The notes beneath the pieces were generated by a model. It had not been told where the DNA came from, ran no database searches, and saw only the letters and a program-made list of their open reading frames with translations. Shown here piece by piece: positions 17,983 to 25,519 of a DNA stretch of 64,000 nucleotides. The translations under genes and the position numbers were made by a program. Position 1 is the stretch's first letter. The number at the start of each line of letters is the position of its first letter. This stretch comes from Acidimicrobiales bacterium. GTDB lineage: Bacteria > Actinomycetota > Acidimicrobiia > Acidimicrobiales > Palsa-688. Where the stretch lies: NCBI GenBank assembly GCA_036378675.1, contig DASUWA010000010.1, positions 14,661-78,660 on the forward strand. The letters run 5' to 3'.

Positions 17983-18521
17983 CTAAGCCTTGAATCTCGG
18001 TTGCCTGCGCTCGGCTTCCTCGATCTGGATACCGAACCGCTCATCGAAGGCCTCCCACGGTTCTAGGACCATGGCTGGGACGCCGCCGTGCATGGTGATG
18101 GTGAAGCGAAAAAACCGTCCCTGCCGAGCAGCACAGCCCAACTCGGCTCCCAGGTGCGAAGGAATCCCACATCAGCTTGCCACTCCACGAGGGGAGTTTC
18201 CTCATCCGTCAAGACATCCCGAAATAGTTGGATTGTGACATTGCTGAATCGAACTGCTCGATTGCCGCCGCCGAGGCCGATGGTCACCTCTGGCACGTCG
18301 TCAAGGTCGAGATTCATGGCTCGGGCCAACGCCCCTGCGGCAAAGACCCGCTCGGAGCCCGAATCAACTAGAGCCAGCACTCTGTTCGTTTGACCAAGGT
18401 CAGTAGAGAGTCGAACAGCAACACTTGGTCGGACCGGAGTCCTTTTCCCAAGCTTGAGCGCGACGTCGTCTGCAGCGTCTTCGGTATAGCGAAAGAGAAC
18501 CGGGCCATCGAGGTTGGACAT
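17983..18521 (-). pseudogene. Retropepsin-like aspartic protease, reading frame broken at a T6 run (A6 on the plus strand, 18109-18114)
   Basis: ORF 18063-18521 has the LVDSGSE (D-S/T-G) motif and ends ...LLGRDGFFASPSPC*. The -1 frame continues RFTITMHGGVPAMVLEPWEAFDERFGIQIEEAERRQPRFKA to the TAG at 17983-17985. Confidence 0.55.
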
Positions 18522-18539
18522 TCCGCCGACGCAGGACCG

Positions 18540-18851
18540 CTACCCCAGCCCGACCATCTCCACCTCATGTTCAGCGGGAGCTCTCATAACGGTGGCGTCG
18601 CTGATGCTTCGGTCATGCAGTCTGAACATCAGCTCGTCCAGCGTGGCACGCGCCTCAATGATCTCACCGTTACGCAGGGCGACCCATTTGCCGGGCACCT
18701 GCCGGAGGAGTGCTGCCAGTTCGACGGGGGGCACGTGAGACTCACGGCCTTGCGTTCCCACGAGGCCACCATAAGCGCGTTGAAGCAATCTTCCCAGAGG
18801 CCTTCGGCGATTGCCTCTACGCAGGCGGATCGGGCGGCGCATGCATCCCAT
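18540..18851 (-). CDS. Small protein of the type often paired with retropepsin-like proteases (DUF5678-like, tentative)
   Basis: Core VPGKWVALRNGEIIEARATLDELMFRL. Start ambiguous (ATG at 18851 or GTG at 18734). Ends 18 nt before the protease ATG. Confidence 0.4.
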   Translation of the reverse strand: MGCMRRPIRLRRGNRRRPLGRLLQRAYGGLVGTQGRESHVPPVELAALLRQVPGKWVALRNGEIIEARATLDELMFRLHDRSISDATVMRAPAEHEVEMVGLG

Positions 18852-19205
18852 TATTACAGAGATGTAGTTATATCGCGTGGATGCATAAAAAATCGCGTAA
18901 AAGCCCGTGATAACAACAAACGACATCAGTGTGATTTACTCGGGGGAACTAGGCGACCTCCTCTTGCCCGTACGGATCTCCATAAGCGCGCTGAACAAGC
19001 GTTCCGAGGGGCACGATCCCGTACTCGTTATCGCGAGCTGGGCGTTGGGCAGTGGGTGTAGGTGCCTGTGTCGCAGGTGGTGACCGACACGGGGTAGCTT
19101 TCCCCGGAGTAGATCACGGTGGGCGGCTGGGCGATGGGGCCGCTCAACGTGTACTCCAACAGTCGGCCCGCGTTGTTGAGGGGCCCGGCGGAGAAACCCT
19201 GAGAC

Positions 19206-19730
19206 TTGATCGAGCCTACGACGTCTGCAGTGGCTCAGCAGATACGCACCGTGTTAGGCCCGACCGCGACCGTGAGCGATCTCTCCACCAGCCGCCGGCA
19301 GGTCGGCTCGCCGCTCACCACCGTCAATCTGTCAGGACTGACCCGAGTGGAGCTGGGATTCGCCCTGGCCCTCACCACGGGAGCCGCCGGGCTGGTCCTG
19401 GCCGAAACACTGCCAGAACGCCGTCGAAGCCACGCCATCGTCAGGGCGCTCGGCGCCCGCCGCCGGCAGGTCACCGCCTTCATTCGGGTCGAGTCGACCT
19501 TCGTGACCTCACTCGGCGTCGCCCTCGGCGCCCTAATCGGCTGGGGGCTGGCGGAGCTACTAGTCAAGATCCTCAAGGGGGTGTTCGACCCGCCACCAAC
19601 CCACCTGTTCGCGCCATGGTCATATCTAATTCTGGTGGGTTGCCTGACACTTGCCGCCGCAGCGGGCGCGAGCGTGCTGACATCCAGAGCTACCCGAAGG
19701 CCCATCGTTGAGACGATCCGTCATCTTTGA
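19206..19730 (+). pseudogene. C-terminal fragment of an FtsX/MacB-type ABC permease
   Basis: 174 codons matching only the last FtsX-domain TM bundle (ALGARRRQV...ESTFVTSLGVALGALIGWGL...). Several in-frame stops lie immediately upstream, and no N-terminal part or ATPase partner is present. Confidence 0.6.
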
Positions 19731-19898
19731 CCACCGAACACTCAAGAACCAGTCCTCCGTCGATGATCAGCAAGAAACCAGCGCGCAGATCCTGACCGGG
19801 GCCTGGCACGGCCCGCTCGTCCACAGGAGGACGTACCATGAAGTGGCTGTTTCGAAAGGTTTCTCCCTCGCCCTTCTGGGCAGGAAAGGTCGCTTCAA

Positions 19899-20411
19899 AT
19901 GTTCCGTCACCACACAGACGCAGGAGTCAATGCAGCCCGAGCCGAAGTCCAGGCGCTCCTGGGGCGTCTCGGTCATGACATCACCACCCTGGACGACGGC
20001 GGCGATGCCGCCAACCGGCAGGCCCTCGCCGACGCGTCCGAGCGGCTGAACACAGCGGGCGCTCAGTTGGCTCAGGCCCAGAGCCTCGAGGAGATCTCGG
20101 TCGCCCGATCTGTAGCCATCGACGGACTGCACTCCACCCGCCTGGTTCGAACCAAGCTCGGACTCGACCCTGGACCCGAGCCGGCCGAAGTGCCGTCCCC
20201 CGCGGACCAGCAGACTCACGCCACAACCCTGGGAACGCTGGCCGGGCGGCACCCCGGTGGGCTTGGCGGGCTATTGGGGGCCGGCGCCGCCGGCGGTTTG
20301 CTCGGTGTTCTGGGCGGCGGGCTGCTCGGCGAGGTGCTCGGAGGCGGGGGCGGCTGGGACGGCGACGGAGGCGGCTGGGGCGACGACGGAGGCGACTGGG
20401 GCGACAGCTAG
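19899..20411 (+). CDS. Hypothetical protein with coiled-coil-like N-terminal part and Gly/Trp/Asp-rich tail
   Basis: 170-aa ORF with high GC3. The tail is GGLGGLLGAGAAGGLLGVLGGGLLGEVLGGGGGWDGDGGGWGDDGGDWGDS. Convergent with pspA. Confidence 0.55.
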   Translation: MFRHHTDAGVNAARAEVQALLGRLGHDITTLDDGGDAANRQALADASERLNTAGAQLAQAQSLEEISVARSVAIDGLHSTRLVRTKLGLDPGPEPAEVPSPADQQTHATTLGTLAGRHPGGLGGLLGAGAAGGLLGVLGGGLLGEVLGGGGGWDGDGGGWGDDGGDWGDS

Positions 20412-20425
20412 CGGCGACAGCTAGC
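20400..20425 (+). repeat. Perfect 13-nt tandem duplication spanning a stop codon
   Basis: ggcgacagctagc occurs twice (20400-20412 and 20413-20425). The first copy contains the TAG stop at 20409-20411. Confidence 0.9.
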
Positions 20426-20430
20426 AGCCC

Positions 20431-21186
20431 TCAGGTGGGTTTGGCGGCCCCTCCCGACGCCTCTGCGGTGGCCGCCGGTGGGGCGGGCTCCAGCGCGGCG
20501 GGCTTCAACGTCCCAGCCGAGAGCTCGGCCAGGATGGCGTCGGCTTCGCTGGTCAACTCGGCGTGGTGGACGTGCATCTCCTGCACCTCCGGGCTTCCGC
20601 TCGACAGCTCGGTCTGGGCCTGAGCCTCCGCGAACTGCGTGGAGACCTTCTGGCGGATCTCATCGAAGGACGGCACGTTGTTGCCCTGGGTGAGGTCGGT
20701 CACCGCCTTCATGCTCGCGGCCATCTCCTGCTGCATTCTCGCCTGATCGACCTGGGCCAAGATCGTCGAGCGCTCGCTGAGCTTTTGCTGGAGCTGGTCT
20801 GCCGACTCCTGCACCGCCTCGCGGGCGTCGTTGGCGGCCTGCTCGAGCTGTGGGATCTGGGCCGAGAGCGACTGAATCTGCTCACGGATCGAGGCGATGT
20901 TGGTGGCGAAGGCCCGGGCGGCATCGAGGTTGCCTTGCTGCTGGGCGGCCAGCGCCGACTTGGTGTACCGGGCTTCCTGGGTGGACAGCTCGGACAGGCG
21001 CATCTTGGCCAGCTTGTCCTGGGCGATCACGTGGCTGGCGGCGGCCTCCAGGTCGCGATGGTGCTCCTGGAGGGCCCCTATGGCCTGTTCCAGCTGGACC
21101 TTGGGGTCGGCGTGGGTGTCGAGCTCGCTCTGGGCCTTGGCCTGGGCGTAGCTGTTGGCCCTCTTGAACAGATTGCCCCACGACAT
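20431..21186 (-). CDS. pspA: PspA/IM30 family membrane-stress protein
   Basis: 251-aa all-helical, Q/A/E-rich ORF. Its N-terminus ...LFKRANSYAQAKAQSELD..DPKVQLEQAI..L.EH is typical of PspA/IM30. Confidence 0.85.
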   Translation of the reverse strand: MSWGNLFKRANSYAQAKAQSELDTHADPKVQLEQAIGALQEHHRDLEAAASHVIAQDKLAKMRLSELSTQEARYTKSALAAQQQGNLDAARAFATNIASIREQIQSLSAQIPQLEQAANDAREAVQESADQLQQKLSERSTILAQVDQARMQQEMAASMKAVTDLTQGNNVPSFDEIRQKVSTQFAEAQAQTELSSGSPEVQEMHVHHAELTSEADAILAELSAGTLKPAALEPAPPAATAEASGGAAKPT

Positions 21187-21228
21187 GGTGTCTCCTTCGC
21201 GTTTCAGGGATTCGTCTCATTCACCAAG

Positions 21229-21302
21229 TGGAGACGATCGGATTCGAACCGACGACCCCCTGCTTGCAAAGCAGGTGCTCTAGCCAGCTGAGCTACGTCC
21301 CC
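21229..21302 (-). tRNA. tRNA-Ala: tRNA-Ala (anticodon TGC)
   Basis: The reverse complement GGGGACGTAGCTCAGCTGGCTAGAGCACCTGCTTTGCAAGCAGGGGGTCGTCGGTTCGAATCCGATCGTCTCCA folds as a cloverleaf. It has the G3:U70 Ala identity pair, anticodon loop TTTGCAA and T-loop TTCGAAT. CCA is not encoded. Confidence 0.95.
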
Positions 21303-21587
21303 GAAACGGCTTTACCGGGACTTCCAGACTAGGCGACGCGAGGCAAAGGGCCGGCTCGCTTAAAGGCGTCAGCTCCCACGACCTACACGCACATCCGGGC
21401 GGGGTGATCCACGTTCGGGAGTGGAATTCGCACCGATCCGGCTCGAGTCCACGCCCAAACGCAAAATCCACTCCCAAACACCCCACGCACACGCCCGCAC
21501 AACGCTCGCCATCAGACCCCACACCGCCACCAACCGGAACCCCGATACACCGGGCCGCCGCCCCGACGCCGGCCATACGATTCCGGC

Positions 21588-22409
21588 ATGGCGACCACGT
21601 GGGATCCCGAGCAGTACCTGAAGTACGGCGACGAACGCGGCCGCCCGTTCGTGGAGTTGGTCTCCAGGATCTTCCACCCGTCCCCGAAAAAGGTGATCGA
21701 CCTCGGCTGCGGTCCCGGCGCGACCACTTCGGTCCTCCTCGAGCGTTGGCCGAACGCTCACATCGTCGGGATCGACAGCTCCAAGGAGATGATCCGCAAG
21801 GCCGGACACCTGGCCGTTCCGGGCAAGCTGGAGTTCAGCGTCGGCGATCTCAGGGCCCTTGAATGGACCAGCGCAGGGCCGTTCGACGTGGTGCTGTCCA
21901 CGGCGACACTCCATTGGGTGCCCGGCCACGTGGATCTGTTCGCGGCGATCGTCGGTTCGCTCACCGACTCCGGCGTGTTCGCGTTCCAGGTTCCGGCCAA
22001 CTTCGACGAGCCCAGCCACACCCTCCTCTCCGAGTTCGCCCAGTCCGACCGCTGGTCGTCGCTGCTGGGACACCTCGTCCGACGAGACCCCGTGCTCACC
22101 CCTGCTGGCTATTTAAAGGCTCTCCTGGACACCGGCGCCGGCGCCGACGTCTGGTCGACGACCTATCTACACGTTCTCCACGGCCCCGACGCCGTTCTCG
22201 AGTGGGTGCGGGGCACGGCGCTCCGCCCGTTCCTCAGCGCCCTCGAAGCCGAGGGAACTCCGGATTCGGTCGACGAGTTCGAGAACTCCTACGGGGCGGC
22301 GCTCCGAGCCGCGTACCCGATGGACAGCCAGGGCCGCACGATCTTCCCATTCCGTCGCATTTTCGCCGTGGCGTCCCGCTCCCGGGAAAACGACCCGCTT
22401 TTGCCTTGA
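21588..22409 (+). CDS. tam: Trans-aconitate 2-methyltransferase-like SAM-dependent methyltransferase
   Basis: 273-aa ORF with N-terminus WDPEQYLKYGDERGRPFVELVSRI and SAM motif VIDLGCGPG, the pattern characteristic of Tam. Confidence 0.75.
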   Translation: MATTWDPEQYLKYGDERGRPFVELVSRIFHPSPKKVIDLGCGPGATTSVLLERWPNAHIVGIDSSKEMIRKAGHLAVPGKLEFSVGDLRALEWTSAGPFDVVLSTATLHWVPGHVDLFAAIVGSLTDSGVFAFQVPANFDEPSHTLLSEFAQSDRWSSLLGHLVRRDPVLTPAGYLKALLDTGAGADVWSTTYLHVLHGPDAVLEWVRGTALRPFLSALEAEGTPDSVDEFENSYGAALRAAYPMDSQGRTIFPFRRIFAVASRSRENDPLLP

Positions 22410-22483
22410 GCCCCGCTCCGCTGATCTGCCAGCATCGTCGCTTCCCCTCGCTTGCCCCCCAACCGCCCGAGAAAGGTCGCCAG

Positions 22484-22789
22484 TTGGTAGACGGAGAAGA
22501 GCTCGTCGCCGAGCAGGACGTGGTCCTTCGGAACGACTATCTGCTCAACGTGCGCATCTCCGAGCACCCTCGCGAGGAGTTCTGGCGGGTGAAGGTTACC
22601 GTCCCGGCCGAGCAGGGCACCGCTGCCAGCGCCACCGTCGGCGCCGGGGAGAGCTTCCTGATGCATCTCATCGACCGGGCGCTCGGCGGCGAGCAGACCG
22701 CGTGGCGGCACCTGGCGGCCTGGGGTCACAACAACCTCTGCCGGTCCGTGCCGGGAGTCCGGGTCGGCCCGGCGCGGGTCACCGGCTGA
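22484..22789 (+). CDS. Hypothetical protein
   Basis: The 3' portion of the long ORF 21863-22789 has very high GC3. Candidate TTG start at 22484, 7 nt after GAAAGG. No family recognised. Confidence 0.4.
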   Translation: MVDGEELVAEQDVVLRNDYLLNVRISEHPREEFWRVKVTVPAEQGTAASATVGAGESFLMHLIDRALGGEQTAWRHLAAWGHNNLCRSVPGVRVGPARVTG

Positions 22790-22815
22790 ACCGCTGGCTA
22801 CGCTGCCCTGATCAC

Positions 22816-23109
22816 ATGACCGCCGACAACGTAAGAATCACCGATCCGGACGCCCTCATCGACGAGGCTGCCGGGCTCGCCTCCGACGGCGTCGGCCCCG
22901 AGACGTCGGCCGCGCTGGCTGACATCGCCGGCCGTGATCGCCGGTTGGTCGAAGCGGCAAGAGACCAAGCAGCGGTCAAGGTCCGCGAGGGGGTGGACGA
23001 CTGGGAGGCCACCGCCGCCCTGCAACTTCTGAACCGGGTACTAGCCGACCTCCCGCGCCATGACCCGCTCGACTGGCAGGTGCGGTGGAAGCATCACCGG
23101 AAGCCCTGA
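22816..23109 (+). CDS. Hypothetical protein
   Basis: Trimmed to the ATG at 22816 (MTADNVRITDPDALIDEAAGL...), 97 aa, acidic and helical. No family recognised. Confidence 0.45.
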   Translation: MTADNVRITDPDALIDEAAGLASDGVGPETSAALADIAGRDRRLVEAARDQAAVKVREGVDDWEATAALQLLNRVLADLPRHDPLDWQVRWKHHRKP

Positions 23110-23110
23110 T

Positions 23111-24106
23111 CTAACTCGGCGCGGGTTGCCCCTCGAATACGGAGACGTAGACGCCGAACTGGGCGATCTCCTTTAGAAAAATGGCCGGGTCGGGGATCAT
23201 CTCGGCCATACCGCCGGCGCCGGCCCTGGTGAGTTGACCGTTGCCTGCCCAGATGGCTGCTCGGCTGGCAACCACGGCGGCCGCGACCGCGGGGGCGATC
23301 GCCGACCCGTAGATCGCGGTTACCGCCTGGCCGTCGACCCAGCCCCGCATCTCCACCCGTGCCGCACCGACCAGGCCCTCCGGGTGGGGAGGGCGAAGCA
23401 TCGGGAGCCACGCGGTCATGCGATCCCGGCGGGTCGCCTCGAACCTGGACGTGATCTTCCTGCAGCCGGGAAATGCCGGCAGAAGCAGAAGGGCATCGGC
23501 GAGCGCAGCCCGGTAGCAGTCGGCCCCGCCCACCGGCTCCGGGAACCAGACCAGCTCCCTCCCCGAACCGCCCGGCCTGCGCCGCCACTCGCCGTCCTCC
23601 CAATCCAACGACAAAGACGACAGCGCCGCGTGATGCCGCCTCGCGCATTCCGGGCCGCCCGTCCCCACGCTGGCTACGTGGATCTCCTCGACCGAGTCGA
23701 ACCTGCTGCGCAGGTGCGCGGCGAGCACACACGTCAGCCCGGGGGCCATCGCCGCGCCCGCAACGATCGATTTGCCCTCGGCTCGAGCGAGCCGATCCGA
23801 GGAAAGAAGCGCCTTCACATCGGACGGATCGTCTGCGCATGACACCACGTGCGAACCGCTGACCACCGCGCTCTCGGCGACACGGCGATTGCTCCTGGGA
23901 GTGGCGAGCACCATGACGTCACCAACAGGCGGGTCGCCGTCATTTTCATTGCGAACCTCGACCTTCCCTCCCAGGGCGCGCGCATGGAATTCAGCTCGCG
24001 GGATGTCGCGCGCGATCACCACAAGCGACTCGACCGCGTCGTCCAAGACGAGGTGTTGGGCAACTCTCCGGCCGACCGCCCCAAAGCCGGCAAGGACGAC
24101 TCTCAA
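23111..24106 (-). CDS. Saccharopine dehydrogenase-like NAD(P)-binding protein
   Basis: Trimmed from ORF 23111-24331 to the TTG at 24106, giving the N-terminus (M)RVVLAGFGAVGRRVAQHL (Rossmann GxGxxG). The TTG overlaps the stop of the small upstream ORF (TTGA). Confidence 0.6.
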   Translation of the reverse strand: MRVVLAGFGAVGRRVAQHLVLDDAVESLVVIARDIPRAEFHARALGGKVEVRNENDGDPPVGDVMVLATPRSNRRVAESAVVSGSHVVSCADDPSDVKALLSSDRLARAEGKSIVAGAAMAPGLTCVLAAHLRSRFDSVEEIHVASVGTGGPECARRHHAALSSLSLDWEDGEWRRRPGGSGRELVWFPEPVGGADCYRAALADALLLLPAFPGCRKITSRFEATRRDRMTAWLPMLRPPHPEGLVGAARVEMRGWVDGQAVTAIYGSAIAPAVAAAVVASRAAIWAGNGQLTRAGAGGMAEMIPDPAIFLKEIAQFGVYVSVFEGQPAPS

Positions 24107-24243
24107 GGAGTTAGCTCGTCCGGCGGGAGCTCCCTCCAGCCGCCCCTCTGCGGTGGGGTGCCCCCGGTCCCGCGCAGGCGAACGATCACGGCAACAACCA
24201 CCGCGGTCCCAAGCGCCAGCAGAGCGCGGCGGAGGACTTTCAC
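24103..24243 (-). CDS. Candidate 46-aa single-TM small protein (below the ORF-track cut-off)
   Basis: GTG at 24243 encodes VKVLRRALLALGTAVVVAVIVRLRGTGGTPPQRGGWRELPPDELTP. The stop TGA overlaps the TTG start of the downstream gene. AGGA lies about 9 nt upstream. Confidence 0.4.
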   Translation of the reverse strand: MKVLRRALLALGTAVVVAVIVRLRGTGGTPPQRGGWRELPPDELTP

Positions 24244-24267
24244 GGGTTGCGATCCTAACGCCGGCCT

Positions 24268-24732
24268 TTAGCTGCCGTTTCCTAGCTCGTACGAGTCGGA
24301 GGGCCGCCCGTCGGGGGAACGCCCGATCCAAGTGATTGTGAGGTGCGTGAACTGCGGACCGCCGGCGCCTTTGTCCACCGCGTTGGTCAGCTGCAGGTTG
24401 GCTTGACCGGACAGCTGCGACTTCCCCGGTTGAAGGTCAACCGTACCGGTGCCGCTTGCGCCGGACGAATCCCACGAACTCCACTGGATGCCGGTAGCCA
24501 TCGTCCCGCTTGTCCCACAGACGATCAGCAGAGTCGTCGGACGGTACGCACCCGCGCCGCAATCGGGGACGGTCACTTCCAACGACACCCGGGTCGTGGT
24601 GGAGGCGGACGTGACCGTGTTTGTGGGCGAAGAGGTCGTGGAACTGGTCCCGACAGCACGTGACGACCCGCAGGCTGCGCCTGCGAGGGACAGCGCCACC
24701 GCGTACAGGCCGAACCGGCCTGTACGGCTCAC
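24268..24732 (-). CDS. Secreted protein or possible lipoprotein, Ser/Thr-rich linker, function unknown
   Basis: Trimmed to the GTG at 24732, which forms a GTGA overlap with the upstream stop. Signal-like RTGRFGLYAVALSLAGAAC-GSS, then a TSSTTSSPTNTVTSASTTT linker and a beta-rich domain. Confidence 0.55.
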   Translation of the reverse strand: MSRTGRFGLYAVALSLAGAACGSSRAVGTSSTTSSPTNTVTSASTTTRVSLEVTVPDCGAGAYRPTTLLIVCGTSGTMATGIQWSSWDSSGASGTGTVDLQPGKSQLSGQANLQLTNAVDKGAGGPQFTHLTITWIGRSPDGRPSDSYELGNGS

Positions 24733-25505
24733 TTGCCGGCGACTCCTGCGGGAGCCGGAATCCGCAGGATCCGGAACGAAACGACGATTAGTGCCGCACA
24801 CACGAGACCCAGCACGGGCTGCGCGTACGAGATCGCGATCACCGCTGTCGTGGCTTGAACAGCTATCGCCAACCTACGAACCGGTTCGCCGGCTCGATCC
24901 AGCTTTCTGTGCAGCACGCGTAGCTCCTGAGGGTCCTGCGCGCTAGTTGTCAGGAGAATCGCGCTTCCCCTGGCCGCGCCGAAACCCGCACAGATCGATA
25001 ACGCGACCCATGGTTGCGTGCTGAGAACAGCAAGAGCCAGGAACACGAACACGGCCGACGTCATCACGTAGGTGGCAACGCCTGTCCCGATCTGCCATCC
25101 GAAGCCACTCGCGTAAACCCACCCGCGGTAGCGAGACAACCAACGATCGTCGACCTGCCGTCTTACAACAGGAAGAACGTTCCCGAATACCCGAGCATCG
25201 ACAGCAGCGCCGAGCAACGCGCTTCCGCCGGCGACCAGCGCGACCACTGCGGGATGGCTCCGCGCGCCGGCGCTCGACGCTCCCGTCGTTACCGCGAAGG
25301 CTGCAAGTCCTAGCGTCGCTCCGCCTGCAGTTGAACCGAGGACGAACCAGGCCGCGGTGACACCGTAGCGATGGCCCCGGCTGCGCTCTCCGAAAGGCGT
25401 GAGGCTCGAGAGCATCGACAGCCCGCATGGAGACCAGGTGGATCTCGCCGCCGCGGCCACCGCTGTTGCTGTTGCCAGAACCAAGAGAATCACGTCGAGG
25501 TGCAT
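24729..25505 (-). CDS. Polytopic membrane protein, CcdA/DsbD-like thiol-disulfide transporter candidate (possibly MauF-like)
   Basis: 258-aa ORF with about 6 TM segments. Has a Cys in TM1 (STWSPCGLSML) and a Cys in a later TM (WVALSICAGFG). GGAGGA lies 3 nt before the ATG. Confidence 0.6.
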   Translation of the reverse strand: MHLDVILLVLATATAVAAAARSTWSPCGLSMLSSLTPFGERSRGHRYGVTAAWFVLGSTAGGATLGLAAFAVTTGASSAGARSHPAVVALVAGGSALLGAAVDARVFGNVLPVVRRQVDDRWLSRYRGWVYASGFGWQIGTGVATYVMTSAVFVFLALAVLSTQPWVALSICAGFGAARGSAILLTTSAQDPQELRVLHRKLDRAGEPVRRLAIAVQATTAVIAISYAQPVLGLVCAALIVVSFRILRIPAPAGVAGK

Positions 25506-25519
25506 CGCTCCTCCAGCCT

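Larger units (their letters stand above)
17857..21273. mobile_element. Putative degenerate integrated islet at tRNA-Ala, bounded by 48-nt direct repeats; no integrase present
   Basis: Direct repeats 3369 nt apart. The interior holds a frameshifted gene, truncated gene fragments and a locally AT-richer stretch (around 18840-18940). Confidence 0.4.

Noticed and set aside
20563-21291. The 242-aa plus-strand ORF antisense to pspA and running into the tRNA gene.
   Set aside because: It is the mirror frame of a strongly supported helical PspA gene, has a Leu/Gly/Arg-rich low-complexity translation, and overlaps a tRNA.
17603-21587. Search for an integrase or recombinase, excisionase or phage genes next to tRNA-Ala and its repeat.
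   Set aside because: No ORF on either strand shows tyrosine- or serine-recombinase motifs or typical phage functions. The islet is therefore called degenerate, not an active element.
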